Below are positions 12,372 to 22,984 of a DNA stretch of 64,000 bases, one piece after another. The translations under genes and the position numbers were made by a program. Source of the DNA: Mayamaea pseudoterrestris (lineage: Eukaryota); assembly GCA_027923505.1 (NCBI GenBank), contig BROI01000006.1, positions 186,001-250,000 on the forward strand. Reading direction: 5' to 3'. The notes beneath the pieces are model-generated. The model was not told the DNA's origin, did no database searches, and was given only the letters and a program-made list of their open reading frames with translations. How positions within the stretch are numbered: the stretch's first letter is position 1; each line of letters starts with the position of its first letter.

Positions 12372-13103
12372 ATGTCAACGGAAGACGGAAACCAGTCGAG
12401 TCGAGAAATTGATGTGCAGTTAGCGCTCGAAATCTTGTCGCAGCGATCGGGCGGAGATGTTGCCCATCACCATGGTGCTGCTGCTGCCCCTTGTGCGCAC
12501 CATGCGGCCGACGAGACTCAAGCTTTGGGACAAGTCATTGATCTCAATCCTCAAGAGCAGTCCATCAATGAAGAAAAGGAAGATTTGGAGACACAGCAAG
12601 CTGTTTTGGATCAAGAGCGAGACAGAAAACGGGCGGAGCTTGAAGCGAAACTGCAAAACATGACGGATAAAGAGCTCGTTCAGGCGGTTTTGGAGGCGCA
12701 GCAGCAGCGGGTGCAAACCTATCGAAGCTTCAATAATGGTTTAGATTCCATCCTTTCTTCCACCGGTAGCCTTTCAAGATATCCGCAAGTTTGCGCAGAG
12801 GCAACGGCGCAGTTTGCTGTTGTGAGCGACACAATTAATGGCATTCAAACGCGTCTTGCCTCGATTAAAAAGCGACAAGACTTGGCCAAACTAGTCAGCA
12901 GCTTGCAGCAACAGGAGAAGGAGAAGCTAAACCTGACTGCGGCTTTGCACTTGGAACGCATTCGCGAGAGTCAGGGTGGCGACGAGCGTGACTTGGCGCT
13001 CCTAGCACAAGGCATTCAGTCGCTCGAGCGCAAAATTGGATCTGGCATGGAAGCTGTCAATGAGATTATTGAGGAGTTGCAGTGCGTACTGATAGATGGG
13101 TGA
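12372..13103 (+). CDS. REX1-B domain (DNA repair REX1B / C19orf60-like) coiled-coil protein
   Basis: ATG at 12372 in the 12114..13103 ORF. QQQRVQTYRSF...YPQVCAEATAQFAVVS...LQQQEKEKLNLTAALHL matches the REX1B family pattern as I recall it. Confidence 0.75.
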   Translation: MSTEDGNQSSREIDVQLALEILSQRSGGDVAHHHGAAAAPCAHHAADETQALGQVIDLNPQEQSINEEKEDLETQQAVLDQERDRKRAELEAKLQNMTDKELVQAVLEAQQQRVQTYRSFNNGLDSILSSTGSLSRYPQVCAEATAQFAVVSDTINGIQTRLASIKKRQDLAKLVSSLQQQEKEKLNLTAALHLERIRESQGGDERDLALLAQGIQSLERKIGSGMEAVNEIIEELQCVLIDG

Positions 13104-13250
13104 GGTAACTTGTTGTGGCTGTTAAAGCTATGCCGTCGAACGTACTACACATGTCATGATTTACTCAGCCAAAACACTACTTGAGTACAAGTTATGACTC
13201 TACTCATTAAGCTTTAACATCAGCGTTATACAGCTTCTAGCGATGATAAG

Positions 13251-14082
13251 TTATGGATTGGGAAGGTTAAGAATATCACCTAGCGCCGCATCGAATTCCT
13301 TGATATTAAGCGAGTTCTCGTCCTTGATTCGTTGCCGCTGCTCGTCCACCTTTGCTTGTGGAAAGTAGGCAATAAATGAGTCTATTGACTGCTTTGTCGC
13401 GTCAAGGCCTTTAAGAACAAGTGTCTCTTTTCCAGTCATGCTATTTTGGCCGACCTGTGCGAGACGTGAAACCAGGTGAGCAAAAGGGTAGCTCGCGATC
13501 TTCAGTTCTGCCATAACATTACACAAGTCATCGCACCTTAATGTTTTCAACATCTGAAGAATCGAAATACTCAAGAATGGTATACAAATTCTGCACCGCC
13601 GATTGTCCCACTTGCGCAGCTTCTAGTCGCTTGGAGGAGTCTTCAATGTAGGTGCTCGCTTGCACAAACTGGTCGGCCAACCGATAGTTTTCCAGCATAA
13701 ATTTGACTGCCAGCTTGACATTGGCGCGCTGCACATCCTTGAACTTGCCGGAGTTGATGAGGCGCGACTCTTGCTGCGTGGCTTCACGAACGCGAAGAAT
13801 CTTGTAGAGCAATTCCTCCAATGGAACGCGAGTGGCTGCTTGAGCAGGTAATGACTGTAGCACGGCGGCGCCGAGAGGAGCCAGAAGTGTAGATTGCATG
13901 AGGCTGCGCCTTGATAAGACTGGTGAATGATCAGTCATGCCGATTGAGTCGTCGTTTATAGTAAGTGACAAAAATGAAGATGTGCTTTGTCGGATTCCAT
14001 GGATTGACGAGCAAGCCGTAAAAGATGTGCTCAGTTGCACAAGACAAACAAGAAGGACGGATAAGGCTTTTGCAGCAGCCAT
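13251..14082 (-). CDS. Plastid thylakoid-lumen protein (signal peptide + twin-arginine lumen signal), 2 exons, intron 13455-13536
   Basis: Hydrophobic signal ending LSTS-F, then SRRSLMQSTLLAPLGAAVLQSLPAQA (RR...AxA). A GT(13536)...CAG(13455) intron joins ENIK|VGQNSM in frame with the 13251 ORF. Confidence 0.75.
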
Positions 14083-14405
14083 ATTTCAGACAATTGTAGC
14101 GCTGCTGTAGCTAGTTTGTTCAGTACAAAGACAGGATTGTATAATTACAAGCCAAAAAGTGAAGGGAGCTGATGTGATGGATGAGTCATGCCATGGTCGT
14201 CTTTCGTTGGCATCAGTTCCAGTACCGGTACGAGTGATCCATACGTCATTCAACATTAGTAACGGTACGACTCGCACAGTGAAACGCTTGCTCGCCATCA
14301 CTCGCAGTCAACCTGACTTGAGACTCATTCTACCTTTATAAGTTCTAACATACCTTTTCTTCGGTGCTTTTGCGCACGTTGGAAAAGACCCACATATTCA
14401 AAGCC

Positions 14406-16397
14406 ATGTATAATAGTTGGGCAGTCTCCCTGCTCTCGCTGCTTGGTCCGACTCTAGCATTTGTCCCATTGCTGCCTCAAAACGTCGGCAACCAACATGT
14501 GCAGTCAATTTCATCGAGGTTTCCGTTACACCCGGCCCCTATGGACTTTTCATTCATCCCATTACACATGGCTGATACGCAACAAGAAACTACAATGTCC
14601 ATTGAACAGGTTGGCGAGGAGCTCCGCGGCCACAAACAAGCTTTCGATGAGCGCATGAGCAAGGCAGAATCAGTGGCAGACGCCGAAGCACTACGCCGAG
14701 AGTACCTCGGCAAGAAGGGACCAATCAACGCTGCAATGAGCTACATGCGTCTCTTGTCAAATGAAGACAAGCCTAAATTAGGTGCTGTCGTGAATCAAAT
14801 CAAAGAAGAAGTCGAAGCTGTCGTGAAGGAACGCCTCGAGACTCTTCAAATTAGAGAGATCGAAATCCAAATGGAGAAGGATCGCATTGATGTAACGCTT
14901 CCCGGTGTAAGTCGCTCTCTAGATATTGGAAGACGCCATCCTCTTAGCATGACTATGGAAAAGGCGGTCGACATCTTTACACGTCTTGGATATGACACTG
15001 TCACTTCTTGCGAAGATTCACCCGAGATTGAAACTGATTATAACTGCTTTGAAGCCTTGAACTGCCCAAAGGACCATCCAGCACGTGACATGCAAGATAC
15101 CTTTTACTTGACGGAAGATCGCGAGTACTTGCTGAGGACGCATACGTCCGCTGTACAGATCCGACAATTGCGTAACCGCAAACCTCCCCTTCGCATCGTG
15201 GCACCTGGAAGAGTCTATCGCAGGGATGACATTGACGCGACGCACTCCCTCATGTTTCATCAAGTGGAGATTCTGGCACTGGAGAAGCGAGGCGAGTTGA
15301 CCTTGGGCGATCTCAAGGGAACGGTCGAGTACTTTTTGAAGGAAATGCTCGGACCAAACATCAAGGTTCGTTTCCGTGGTAGCTACTTTCCATTTACGGA
15401 ACCGAGTATGGAAGTGGATGTTTTCTTTCGCGGTAAATGGATGGAAGTGCTTGGATGCGGCATGGTGGATCCGAACGTGCTAGAAATGGCTGGCATTGAT
15501 CCCAATGAATACTCTGGGTTTGCCGCTGGGTTTGGAGTGGAACGATTTGCCATGGTAATTCATCAGATTGACGATCTTCGCTTGTTTTGCAACAGCGATA
15601 GACGATTTCTGCAGCAATTCCCTCACTTTTACGATGATGGTAAGTGGAATCTACTCGGTGTTATAATGGTTTTTATAAGATGGCTCAAGAATCATACCAC
15701 AGGCCTGCAATCATTTCTATCGACCGGCGAGACAATGCAATTCGAGGAAGATCCAAGGACTGAAGAAGTGCCATACCCTCCTGTTTCCAGCTGGGAGGAG
15801 CTAAAAGCGCAGCAACAATCGACCAATGCGCCTGCTGTAGAACCTAAAGCAGCCACAAATTCGGAAGCAGTTGGCACCCCTACATCCGCATCGCCGCCGT
15901 CCGACTCGATCGACATTTCCAAACTGGACATTCGAGTTGGCGTCATTACCAAAGCATGGCTGCATGAGGAAGCCGACTCTCTCTTTTGTGAAGAGATTGA
16001 CATTGGCGAGGGCGAACCTCGTCAAATTGCCTCCGGACTGCGAGCCTACTACAACGTGGAAGACCTCGTTGGACAAAGGGTGCTTGTACTGGCCAACCTA
16101 AAGGCTCGCAAACTGGTTGGCTTTTCGTCGCACGGCATGGTGTTATGCGCTTCCAAGGACGACAAGGTGGTCTTTGTGGAACCGCCACTGGACGCCAAGG
16201 TGGGAGAGCGAGTCATGGCGGATGGCTTCAGCGGCGAGCCTGCGACGGAGAATCAAGTGCTCAAGAAGAAAATGCTGGATCAAATCTTTCCCGACTTGAG
16301 TACTAATGCGGCAGGTGAAGTGACGTACAAAAATGTGCCGCTAATGACGTCGGCTGGAAGCTGTCGGACAAGCTTGACGAATGCCAAAGTGGCGTAG
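14406..16397 (+). CDS. pheS: Plastid-targeted bacterial-type phenylalanyl-tRNA synthetase alpha subunit fused to C-terminal EMAP-II/Arc1p-like tRNA-binding OB domain; probable 63-bp intron 15640-15702
   Basis: PheS motifs HPARDMQDTFY, LLRTHTSAVQIR, PGRVYRRD, FHQVE, SYFPFTEPS, GFAAGFGVERFAM. Presequence SLLGPTLA-FVP. C-terminal KLDIRVGVI...ADSLFCEEIDIGE...NLKARKLVGFSSHGMVLCA. Confidence 0.95.
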   Translation: MYNSWAVSLLSLLGPTLAFVPLLPQNVGNQHVQSISSRFPLHPAPMDFSFIPLHMADTQQETTMSIEQVGEELRGHKQAFDERMSKAESVADAEALRREYLGKKGPINAAMSYMRLLSNEDKPKLGAVVNQIKEEVEAVVKERLETLQIREIEIQMEKDRIDVTLPGVSRSLDIGRRHPLSMTMEKAVDIFTRLGYDTVTSCEDSPEIETDYNCFEALNCPKDHPARDMQDTFYLTEDREYLLRTHTSAVQIRQLRNRKPPLRIVAPGRVYRRDDIDATHSLMFHQVEILALEKRGELTLGDLKGTVEYFLKEMLGPNIKVRFRGSYFPFTEPSMEVDVFFRGKWMEVLGCGMVDPNVLEMAGIDPNEYSGFAAGFGVERFAMVIHQIDDLRLFCNSDRRFLQQFPHFYDDGKWNLLGVIMVFIRWLKNHTTGLQSFLSTGETMQFEEDPRTEEVPYPPVSSWEELKAQQQSTNAPAVEPKAATNSEAVGTPTSASPPSDSIDISKLDIRVGVITKAWLHEEADSLFCEEIDIGEGEPRQIASGLRAYYNVEDLVGQRVLVLANLKARKLVGFSSHGMVLCASKDDKVVFVEPPLDAKVGERVMADGFSGEPATENQVLKKKMLDQIFPDLSTNAAGEVTYKNVPLMTSAGSCRTSLTNAKVA

Positions 16398-16463
16398 GTG
16401 TTTGTAAAAACTATAGCGCGCATCATCTGCCATCGTTTTTCAGCAACAACGCTACATAAATTG

Positions 16464-16853
16464 TTATATTAGGTCATTACTGTTGTTTCTCATGGTGACT
16501 TCAGGCTCTGTAATACCGTTTGCGGTTGCAGTCCGTTGATGCAAGTCGCGCAAATGATCGGTCCGAGTCTCGTCCATCAAAATCGATAGGCGCGTCACAT
16601 CAGCTCCAGTAGCCAACAACCCTTCGTAGTTCTTTTCATAAGATTTCATTTCAGTTTCCAGTTGCGTCATGAGCTGGGTAATGGATCGATAGTCATTGGT
16701 CAGTTGCTGCCTCGTAGGAGCTGAAATTTCAGTAGGAGGAGACGGCGGCGGTGCTTGTTGGAAATGACCTGCATCAATGGCAAGACGACCATCCCCTCGA
16801 ACGTCAAGCTGCTCGACAGTAGTGTGATCGCATTCAGTCGGCAATGGCGGCAT
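16464..16853 (-). CDS. Hypothetical small coiled-coil protein (129 aa)
   Basis: ATG-initiated ORF filling the slot between pheS and RUS1 in the local tail-to-tail/head-to-head pattern; helical middle. No family recognised. Confidence 0.5.
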   Translation of the reverse strand: MPPLPTECDHTTVEQLDVRGDGRLAIDAGHFQQAPPPSPPTEISAPTRQQLTNDYRSITQLMTQLETEMKSYEKNYEGLLATGADVTRLSILMDETRTDHLRDLHQRTATANGITEPEVTMRNNSNDLI

Positions 16854-17061
16854 CTTGTAGCATCGGATAGTGCAACTGGACTCCAGAAAATGAGCGCAGT
16901 TTGGGGCAAATAAAAAATGGAGATCATTCGCGTCGTACCGAGAACCACTGAGACGTCATTTCTGATCGTTTCAACCCGTTTTGCTATACGAAATCGCAAT
17001 CATCCAAGCTCATTCGAGCACTTTTCTACTAGATATATATTTACAATCAACCATAACTATA

Positions 17062-18579
17062 ATGGCCTCGAAAGGTACTCGAGTGTTACGATATCGCGAA
17101 TACTCTGCCGACTCCTTGCCAAAGAAGGATGGATCAGCAGCCGACGACTCACCTTCATTTCGAGAATTTGAAATTCAGCTCATTGACGACATTATAGCCT
17201 CGAAGAAGGTCCACACGTCATCAGGATCTCCAAATCTCTCTAAAGATCAACAGTCTGACATTTTTAAACTTTTAGCAGCTCCATGCAATCGTTGCAAGAC
17301 AATCATCAAGGACCTTCTATTGCCCATTGGCTATCCAAGTTCCGTCGCTGAAGGCTACATTGAATATCAATTCTACGACAGCCTCCAAGGCCTTTGCTCG
17401 TACTTGCGCAGTGTCCTTTGCTCGGCGCAAGTGTTGCAGGCAGCGGGAGTCGGAACAGCTGAAGCTACCGCACTTTCGGCCGCCATGACGTGGGCGCTCA
17501 AGGATGGATGTGCCATGCTGGGCGGACTTATCTTTAGCTATCAAGTGGCAAGCGTGTTGGATTCGCATGTCAAGGAGTTTCGATTCTTTGCTGATTTGAT
17601 CAATAATGTCGGACTAACGTTGGATATGATGGCGCCCTACTTCAAGGGACATTTACTGGCAGTTTCGTCGGCAGCAGGCTTGTGCAAAACACTATGTGGC
17701 CTGTCGGCTGGAGCAACCAAGAGCAGTTTGACGCAGCACTTTGCGATTGAAGGCAACATGGCGGATGTTACAGCCAAGGAGTCAACACAAGAAACGTTCG
17801 TATCGCTACTGGGAATGATACTAGGTGTTGGGCTGGCACATCGACTGCAGTCGATGCAGGCGTCGGTAACATCGTCTGGAAACGACTCGTACGTGCAACA
17901 GCTACAATGGATTATCTTTACTGCTCTGACTCTGTTACATATATGGTCCAACTACAAGGGCGTTGCGTTGCTGCGGCTACGTACACTGAATCGTGAGCGC
18001 GCTGAAATTGTCTTGGACAAGGTGATCGATGCTGCCCTCGCCTCATCAGTGACATTCTCTGACGTAACCAACACAACCGACGAAATTGCAGCAGCCATCA
18101 AAACGTTGCCACCTCCGAACATGGTGTTTGAGTCCCTCTCTGCTTCAGCATACAAAATGTTGCTACCAGGTCGGCTTTGTTTAGACGCGAGCCTCGCTGA
18201 CATTATTGCGGTAGACGTATCGGTCCTGAATGAGTTTCGCAACGAGCGATACGTGCTGGCCGTCAATGGCAAGCGACATGTGCTGGTGTGTCTCTTGTTG
18301 GGGGGCACCTGTCGAGACCAAATCAAGGCGTTTGTGCATGCGCAAGTCATGCTGCGGTTTACCGCTGACACGGAGTCCGCTTTGAAAACGATCGTTTCCG
18401 CTTCCGCCATGTCTAGTCGTGTGCATAGTGTCTTAAACAGCATTTTTCACGAGTCTGGCCCGGACCCATCTTCGATCTCGCTCATGGATGAAATGATCAA
18501 TAAAAATTGGGACGTGGAGCATCGTCTATACGTTGGATTTTCCAGGCGACGCTTCTCATATGATATAAAGAGCGACTAA
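17062..18579 (+). CDS. RUS1 / DUF647 (root UV-B sensitive, C16orf58-like) membrane protein
   Basis: LLPIGYPSSVAEGYIEYQFYDSLQ, WALKDGCAMLG, FRFFADLINNVG, GATKSSLTQHFA, NMADVTAKESTQET, LRTLNRER. Confidence 0.92.
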   Translation: MASKGTRVLRYREYSADSLPKKDGSAADDSPSFREFEIQLIDDIIASKKVHTSSGSPNLSKDQQSDIFKLLAAPCNRCKTIIKDLLLPIGYPSSVAEGYIEYQFYDSLQGLCSYLRSVLCSAQVLQAAGVGTAEATALSAAMTWALKDGCAMLGGLIFSYQVASVLDSHVKEFRFFADLINNVGLTLDMMAPYFKGHLLAVSSAAGLCKTLCGLSAGATKSSLTQHFAIEGNMADVTAKESTQETFVSLLGMILGVGLAHRLQSMQASVTSSGNDSYVQQLQWIIFTALTLLHIWSNYKGVALLRLRTLNRERAEIVLDKVIDAALASSVTFSDVTNTTDEIAAAIKTLPPPNMVFESLSASAYKMLLPGRLCLDASLADIIAVDVSVLNEFRNERYVLAVNGKRHVLVCLLLGGTCRDQIKAFVHAQVMLRFTADTESALKTIVSASAMSSRVHSVLNSIFHESGPDPSSISLMDEMINKNWDVEHRLYVGFSRRRFSYDIKSD

Positions 18580-19134
18580 ACAACTTCTGCTTAGCCCCAT
18601 TTGCTAGCGTAGTTGCATGCTGTATACCAAGTTTTGCTTCGAATATTTCTATTATGGCAATAGAAAATATATATTCTTGCACAGGCCGCTTCCCGGCAAC
18701 ATAATTCTACGTAGCTAATGTACGGTTCTGGTATTGCCAAATGTTCGGCCAGAACGAAGACTGCCGAAGTGTAGTAAGAAATGCAGATTAGGCATGCCTC
18801 CCACAACATGCTGCGAGTCATGCAAGTAACTCTGTAAGTTCCGGATCAAGCAGAGCGCAACTGGATGTGCAGCCCAGTGACAATGGGTTGTATGGCCGGT
18901 CATTGAAGCGCGTCAAAGTGTTTTATGCATATCGATGCACGCTGTGCTACGGTAAAAGACGCTATTAAGGACAGTTGTACACGCTTCAGCCTGCAGTTTG
19001 CTTCACGCCTTTTTGTGGAGAGGATTTATAAAACGAAACGAATGCACAGGCCACAAACTCGCCCTGCAATGAGCGCATGCTACGGCTATGAAAGAAAGCA
19101 ACCTGAGTCAATCAATGTATTCCAACAGATTAAG

Positions 19135-19620
19135 CTACAATTGTCCTTTTGGTCGAACAATTTCTCGCAACATGAAATGCTTGTGCTTGCTAATGCGATG
19201 ACAGGGCGTAATCATGACAACGTCACCAGGCGACGCCACCTCCGCTTCGTCGTGCGCCATGAACTTGCGCGTGTATTTGACTCGCTTTCGAATCTTGGGA
19301 ACTATGCGATAGCGATCGACGGCAACATTGACAGTCTTTTGCATCTTGTCGGAAACAACCGTTCCGACGAGGGCGCCGCGAGGAAGTGTTCGTGGAGGAT
19401 TGTGGACTAACTCCCAGCCTGGTATATTAGTTGGATTGGCAAGTTCCTCATTTGTCATTTTCGAAAGATTCATATTGTCGAACGGAGTGTCGAGGCCTTG
19501 TTCTTGTAGTGAAGACAACCATCGCACCGCCGATGGTTGATTGCTCCTAGCGAGCGAATGCTGCTGTTGAAGTCCTGTTCTCTGCACGATGCCCGTAAAT
19601 ATTCTCTTTGCAGCAAACAT
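19135..19620 (-). CDS. rpsQ: Mitochondrial ribosomal protein uS17
   Basis: LVGTVVSDKMQKTVNVAVDRYRIVPKIRKRVKYTRKFMAHDE...GDVVMITPCHRISKHKHF; Arg/Ser-rich N-terminal presequence. Confidence 0.93.
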   Translation of the reverse strand: MFAAKRIFTGIVQRTGLQQQHSLARSNQPSAVRWLSSLQEQGLDTPFDNMNLSKMTNEELANPTNIPGWELVHNPPRTLPRGALVGTVVSDKMQKTVNVAVDRYRIVPKIRKRVKYTRKFMAHDEAEVASPGDVVMITPCHRISKHKHFMLREIVRPKGQL

Positions 19621-19923
19621 TGTTAATCTTCCGTGCACCTTTCAATTCGCGAGGACTTGTGATGCGTTGTGTAGCGTCGCTCACAATGCCATGGTTGTGT
19701 GGGTCGCGTCGCGTCGCGTCGCGCGGCCTTTCGTGGATGTCGTCAATCTCGCGTTTTGTCGCATCGCCACTTCGCATACACCATTGAAAAGTATGTTGCG
19801 ACACAAATGGGTCTTGAGCCAATGCGCCGCGCCGTCGCGGTCGAAATTCAAAACGACGATTGTCCGGCATCCAATTTTTCGAAACAGCATTTGCTGCTCT
19901 ATAACTCCATTGACAGAGCCAAC

Positions 19924-22840
19924 ATGAGGTTGCTTGACAAGCTACTAGGCATGTTGCTGCTAGCGATTCTTGTGCGAGCAGAGGAGTGCGAACGGCTCCA
20001 ATCGGGCCTGAGTTACTCGCAGGAGGAAGCGCCGCGCGATTTGTCCTTGGTATGTGTTTGACAGCGAACATGCCAATGATCGAGATGCAATGATATGACA
20101 AGCTTCAATATTCTTTATTCAATATTTGTGTTTCTACTAACTACGCTGTACTCTCTTTTCTAGCTCCCAAATGTGATTGCTCGAGTGAATCGAATCTTGG
20201 AAGGCGTGACAAATGTGCAAGTCGACTGGCACGGAGGAGATTTGCATGGCCGCGTCGGCGAACATACCGTCCAATGTCGAGTCACGCGACTGGCTTCCGT
20301 GTTGCCGAATCAGTCGGATGGAGTCTTTACGGATAGTGAGGGGAGATCGGTCGTGGAGCAGTGTTTTCACGTTCACTTGACAATCACCGATACCAACGAA
20401 TGCAATTTGCCACATGGTCACCCGATGCAGCACCAGTGCCACGAGCCTGCAATCTGCATCAACACCATTGGTTCCTATGAATGCCTTTGTCCGAGAATAG
20501 AGGAGCGAAGGGAGTTATTTGGAGTTACTGCTGATGATGACTTTTGGCATACCGTGGCGAAGGAAGAACGCGATCCTTGGGAGCTCTCCTTTGCTTCGCA
20601 CAGTCGATCTACTTGTCCATCTTCAATGACAACGTTTGGATGTTGTTCGGCATCAGCTCATACAGACGACGGTAGTACATGCCGAGCTGGATTTCATTGT
20701 CCAGCCGATCCTTGTGGAAAGGGAGCATTTAACGAGTGCGCCGACAATGCAATTTGCGTCAAGAAACCTTCGCCAACAAGCATTCCCAACTATGAATGTC
20801 ACTGTCCGGAGGGGCTCATGGGTAGTGGACGCAAATGTAGAATAGGAATTGATCGAAAGCCAGAGCCGAAGGTCATGTTTGATGGAGTGACGCCGACGGA
20901 GGAAACAATCAAAAATGACTTTTACTGCGGTTGTACAAGACCAGTTGTAGACGCATGTGCCGGATTTCCGCCATGCAAAGGTAAGACTTCGGAGAAAATG
21001 GATTAGACTTTCCAACATAGTGGATATCTGACGAATGTTGCGTGTCGCCAGGTAAACATGAGGTTTGCACAGTCACAGAACGAAATGAACCAGAGTGCAG
21101 ATGCAAACCAGGCTACGTCATGCACGAGGATTATGGTTGCGTTGACGAGTCTCCGCCCAAGCTTCGCTTGAGCAATGATCCCGATGGAACTGGTGTGCTA
21201 AGGCTGAAGCAAGGCGATTTTTACCAAGAGTATGCGGTGGAAATTCTAGACGAGAACGCAGAAGATTATCTTCGGTCGCTGAAGGTTTCGTACAGTCATC
21301 CATTGCCGCAAGGGTGCTTGACAAAGATTGGACAATTTCACGTGAATTATACTGTAGCGACACCATGGACATCGCCCTCCCAAATAACCATTACTCGCCA
21401 AGTGATCATTGAAGACATTGATGAGTGCGCCATAGACCGATCCGAGTTTATGCAAACATGTCCCGAACTGGTGCCGCACTGTGACATTGAGGCTGGTGCT
21501 CGCTGCGTGAATACCATCGGCGGTTATACATGCAAGTGTCCGCAATTTACGACGGGAGACGGCTTTGAACGCGGCGTTGATATCTTACCTGGATCGTCCC
21601 CAGAAGGTTATCACGGTGGAACTAGCTGTATCGATACTGGTGCACCAGTCATAAAGCTGAAAGGTCCAAACCCAAAAATCTTTCGCGTTTCTGAGTGCAG
21701 CGGTATCACTGGTGTTATGGGCGGCCGAAGCAGCGCGGCTGATCTCATCGCCTTGCAGAAACAACATTACGCTGATGACATTGCAGTAAGTGAATGATAA
21801 CGGAGACCTTGATTGATTTGTTCTCTGCAGCTCTCTCACCGTAGTGCTTGTACCAACAGCAAATGATCAGTTCAACGGCAGGTGCAGAACTATGTGCATC
21901 AGCGTCTCATCCCAATCCACATGCTAGTGACTGCGTCGAGGCCTATGACGACACGTATAAAGGGCGAGTCGATCTTACGCGCAAGGTCGTTGTAGGCGAA
22001 CCTGTGCAGAAATCCCCAACGGGCTGGAGTGTCCCATACGATGTAGTTGACGAGGCGGGCAACAGTGCGAAGACGGTTTGGAGGGATGTCATTGTGGAAG
22101 AGGTGAATCTCGCAAAGTTGGAGGCATCGGTTCGGCGAGAGGTGCAAGAAGAGATGCAAGCGGAGAAGGAGGAGGCGGTCCGACTGGCCGTTGCAGCTGA
22201 GCGAAAGAAGAAAGTAACTGATGCACCGGCTCGAAAGGCCAGAGAAGTGACAAATACTTGCCAGTGCCCAGTTTGTGACACCGTTTGCAGTGATGCAAAG
22301 GACGCCAATAACTATTGTGATCCCGGCTCCCGAGTCATTCAGGCGCTGGTATTACTCGAGGGCTTCATGTCCCGCTCATTAGCCCAGAGTTTGCTAATAT
22401 TGTGTGTCGCCTTTGGCGCTTATTTGGTGCTAAGCACTTTCTGCTCCACTGTTCTTGTCCCTCCAAGCCAAAGGCGGCGGGACGCAGACTTTGAAGCTCA
22501 CAGCGAGGAGCGAGTACGAGCAATACAGCAGGGAATAGCTTACATCCCTAGCAATGAGCTCGCTGTGTCAAGGCCCGATGACGGATCTCTTTTCGACCAA
22601 GATAGGTATCGCAGTACGCCATTAACGAGTCCTCGGGTACCAAGGACATCTGTCTTTTTAAATGGTGACGCCCATCGGGATTTTTTGTCCCCAAATGGTA
22701 CAACCGCCTTGCAGAATGGCCAAGGTCCATCGCCAGGTGCAATTGCCGATGACTATTACGACTCGCCATTCAGAATTACTCCAAGCAAACGCGGAGACGG
22801 TGTACACAGACGGTCGCCATACGGCAGTGCAGGCCGATGA
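19924..22840 (+). CDS. Type I membrane protein with Ca-binding EGF-like repeats and DUF5011/Ig-like modules; introns 20050-20163, 20981-21051, 21786-21859
   Basis: Signal peptide MRLLDKLLGMLLLAILVRA; DTNEC...CINTIGSYECLC and DIDEC...CVNTIGGYTCKC; PKLRL...LKQGDFYQE and PVIKLKGPNP...YDVVDEAGNSA; TM segment LLILCVAFGAYLVL. All three introns are GT-AG and restore frame. Confidence 0.85.
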
Positions 22841-22984
22841 GGCTCCTGAGCAACCAACAGTGTACGTCATCTATGTGGCTAGCAAAAAAAGAATTGTAAA
22901 TATATGATAGTATCACTAGTAGATATATGTGCATATTCCGTTGCGTATACGCTGCTCTTCATGCTCAACGAACTATCGTAAACT

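Noticed and set aside
18591..19130. Short ORFs and an AT-rich hairpin between RUS1 and uS17
   Set aside because: No motifs or clear splice structure; consistent with 3' UTR/intergenic DNA.
19703..19723. (GTCGC)4 tract in the uS17/EGF promoter
   Set aside because: Short simple repeat seen once; no supporting evidence of function.
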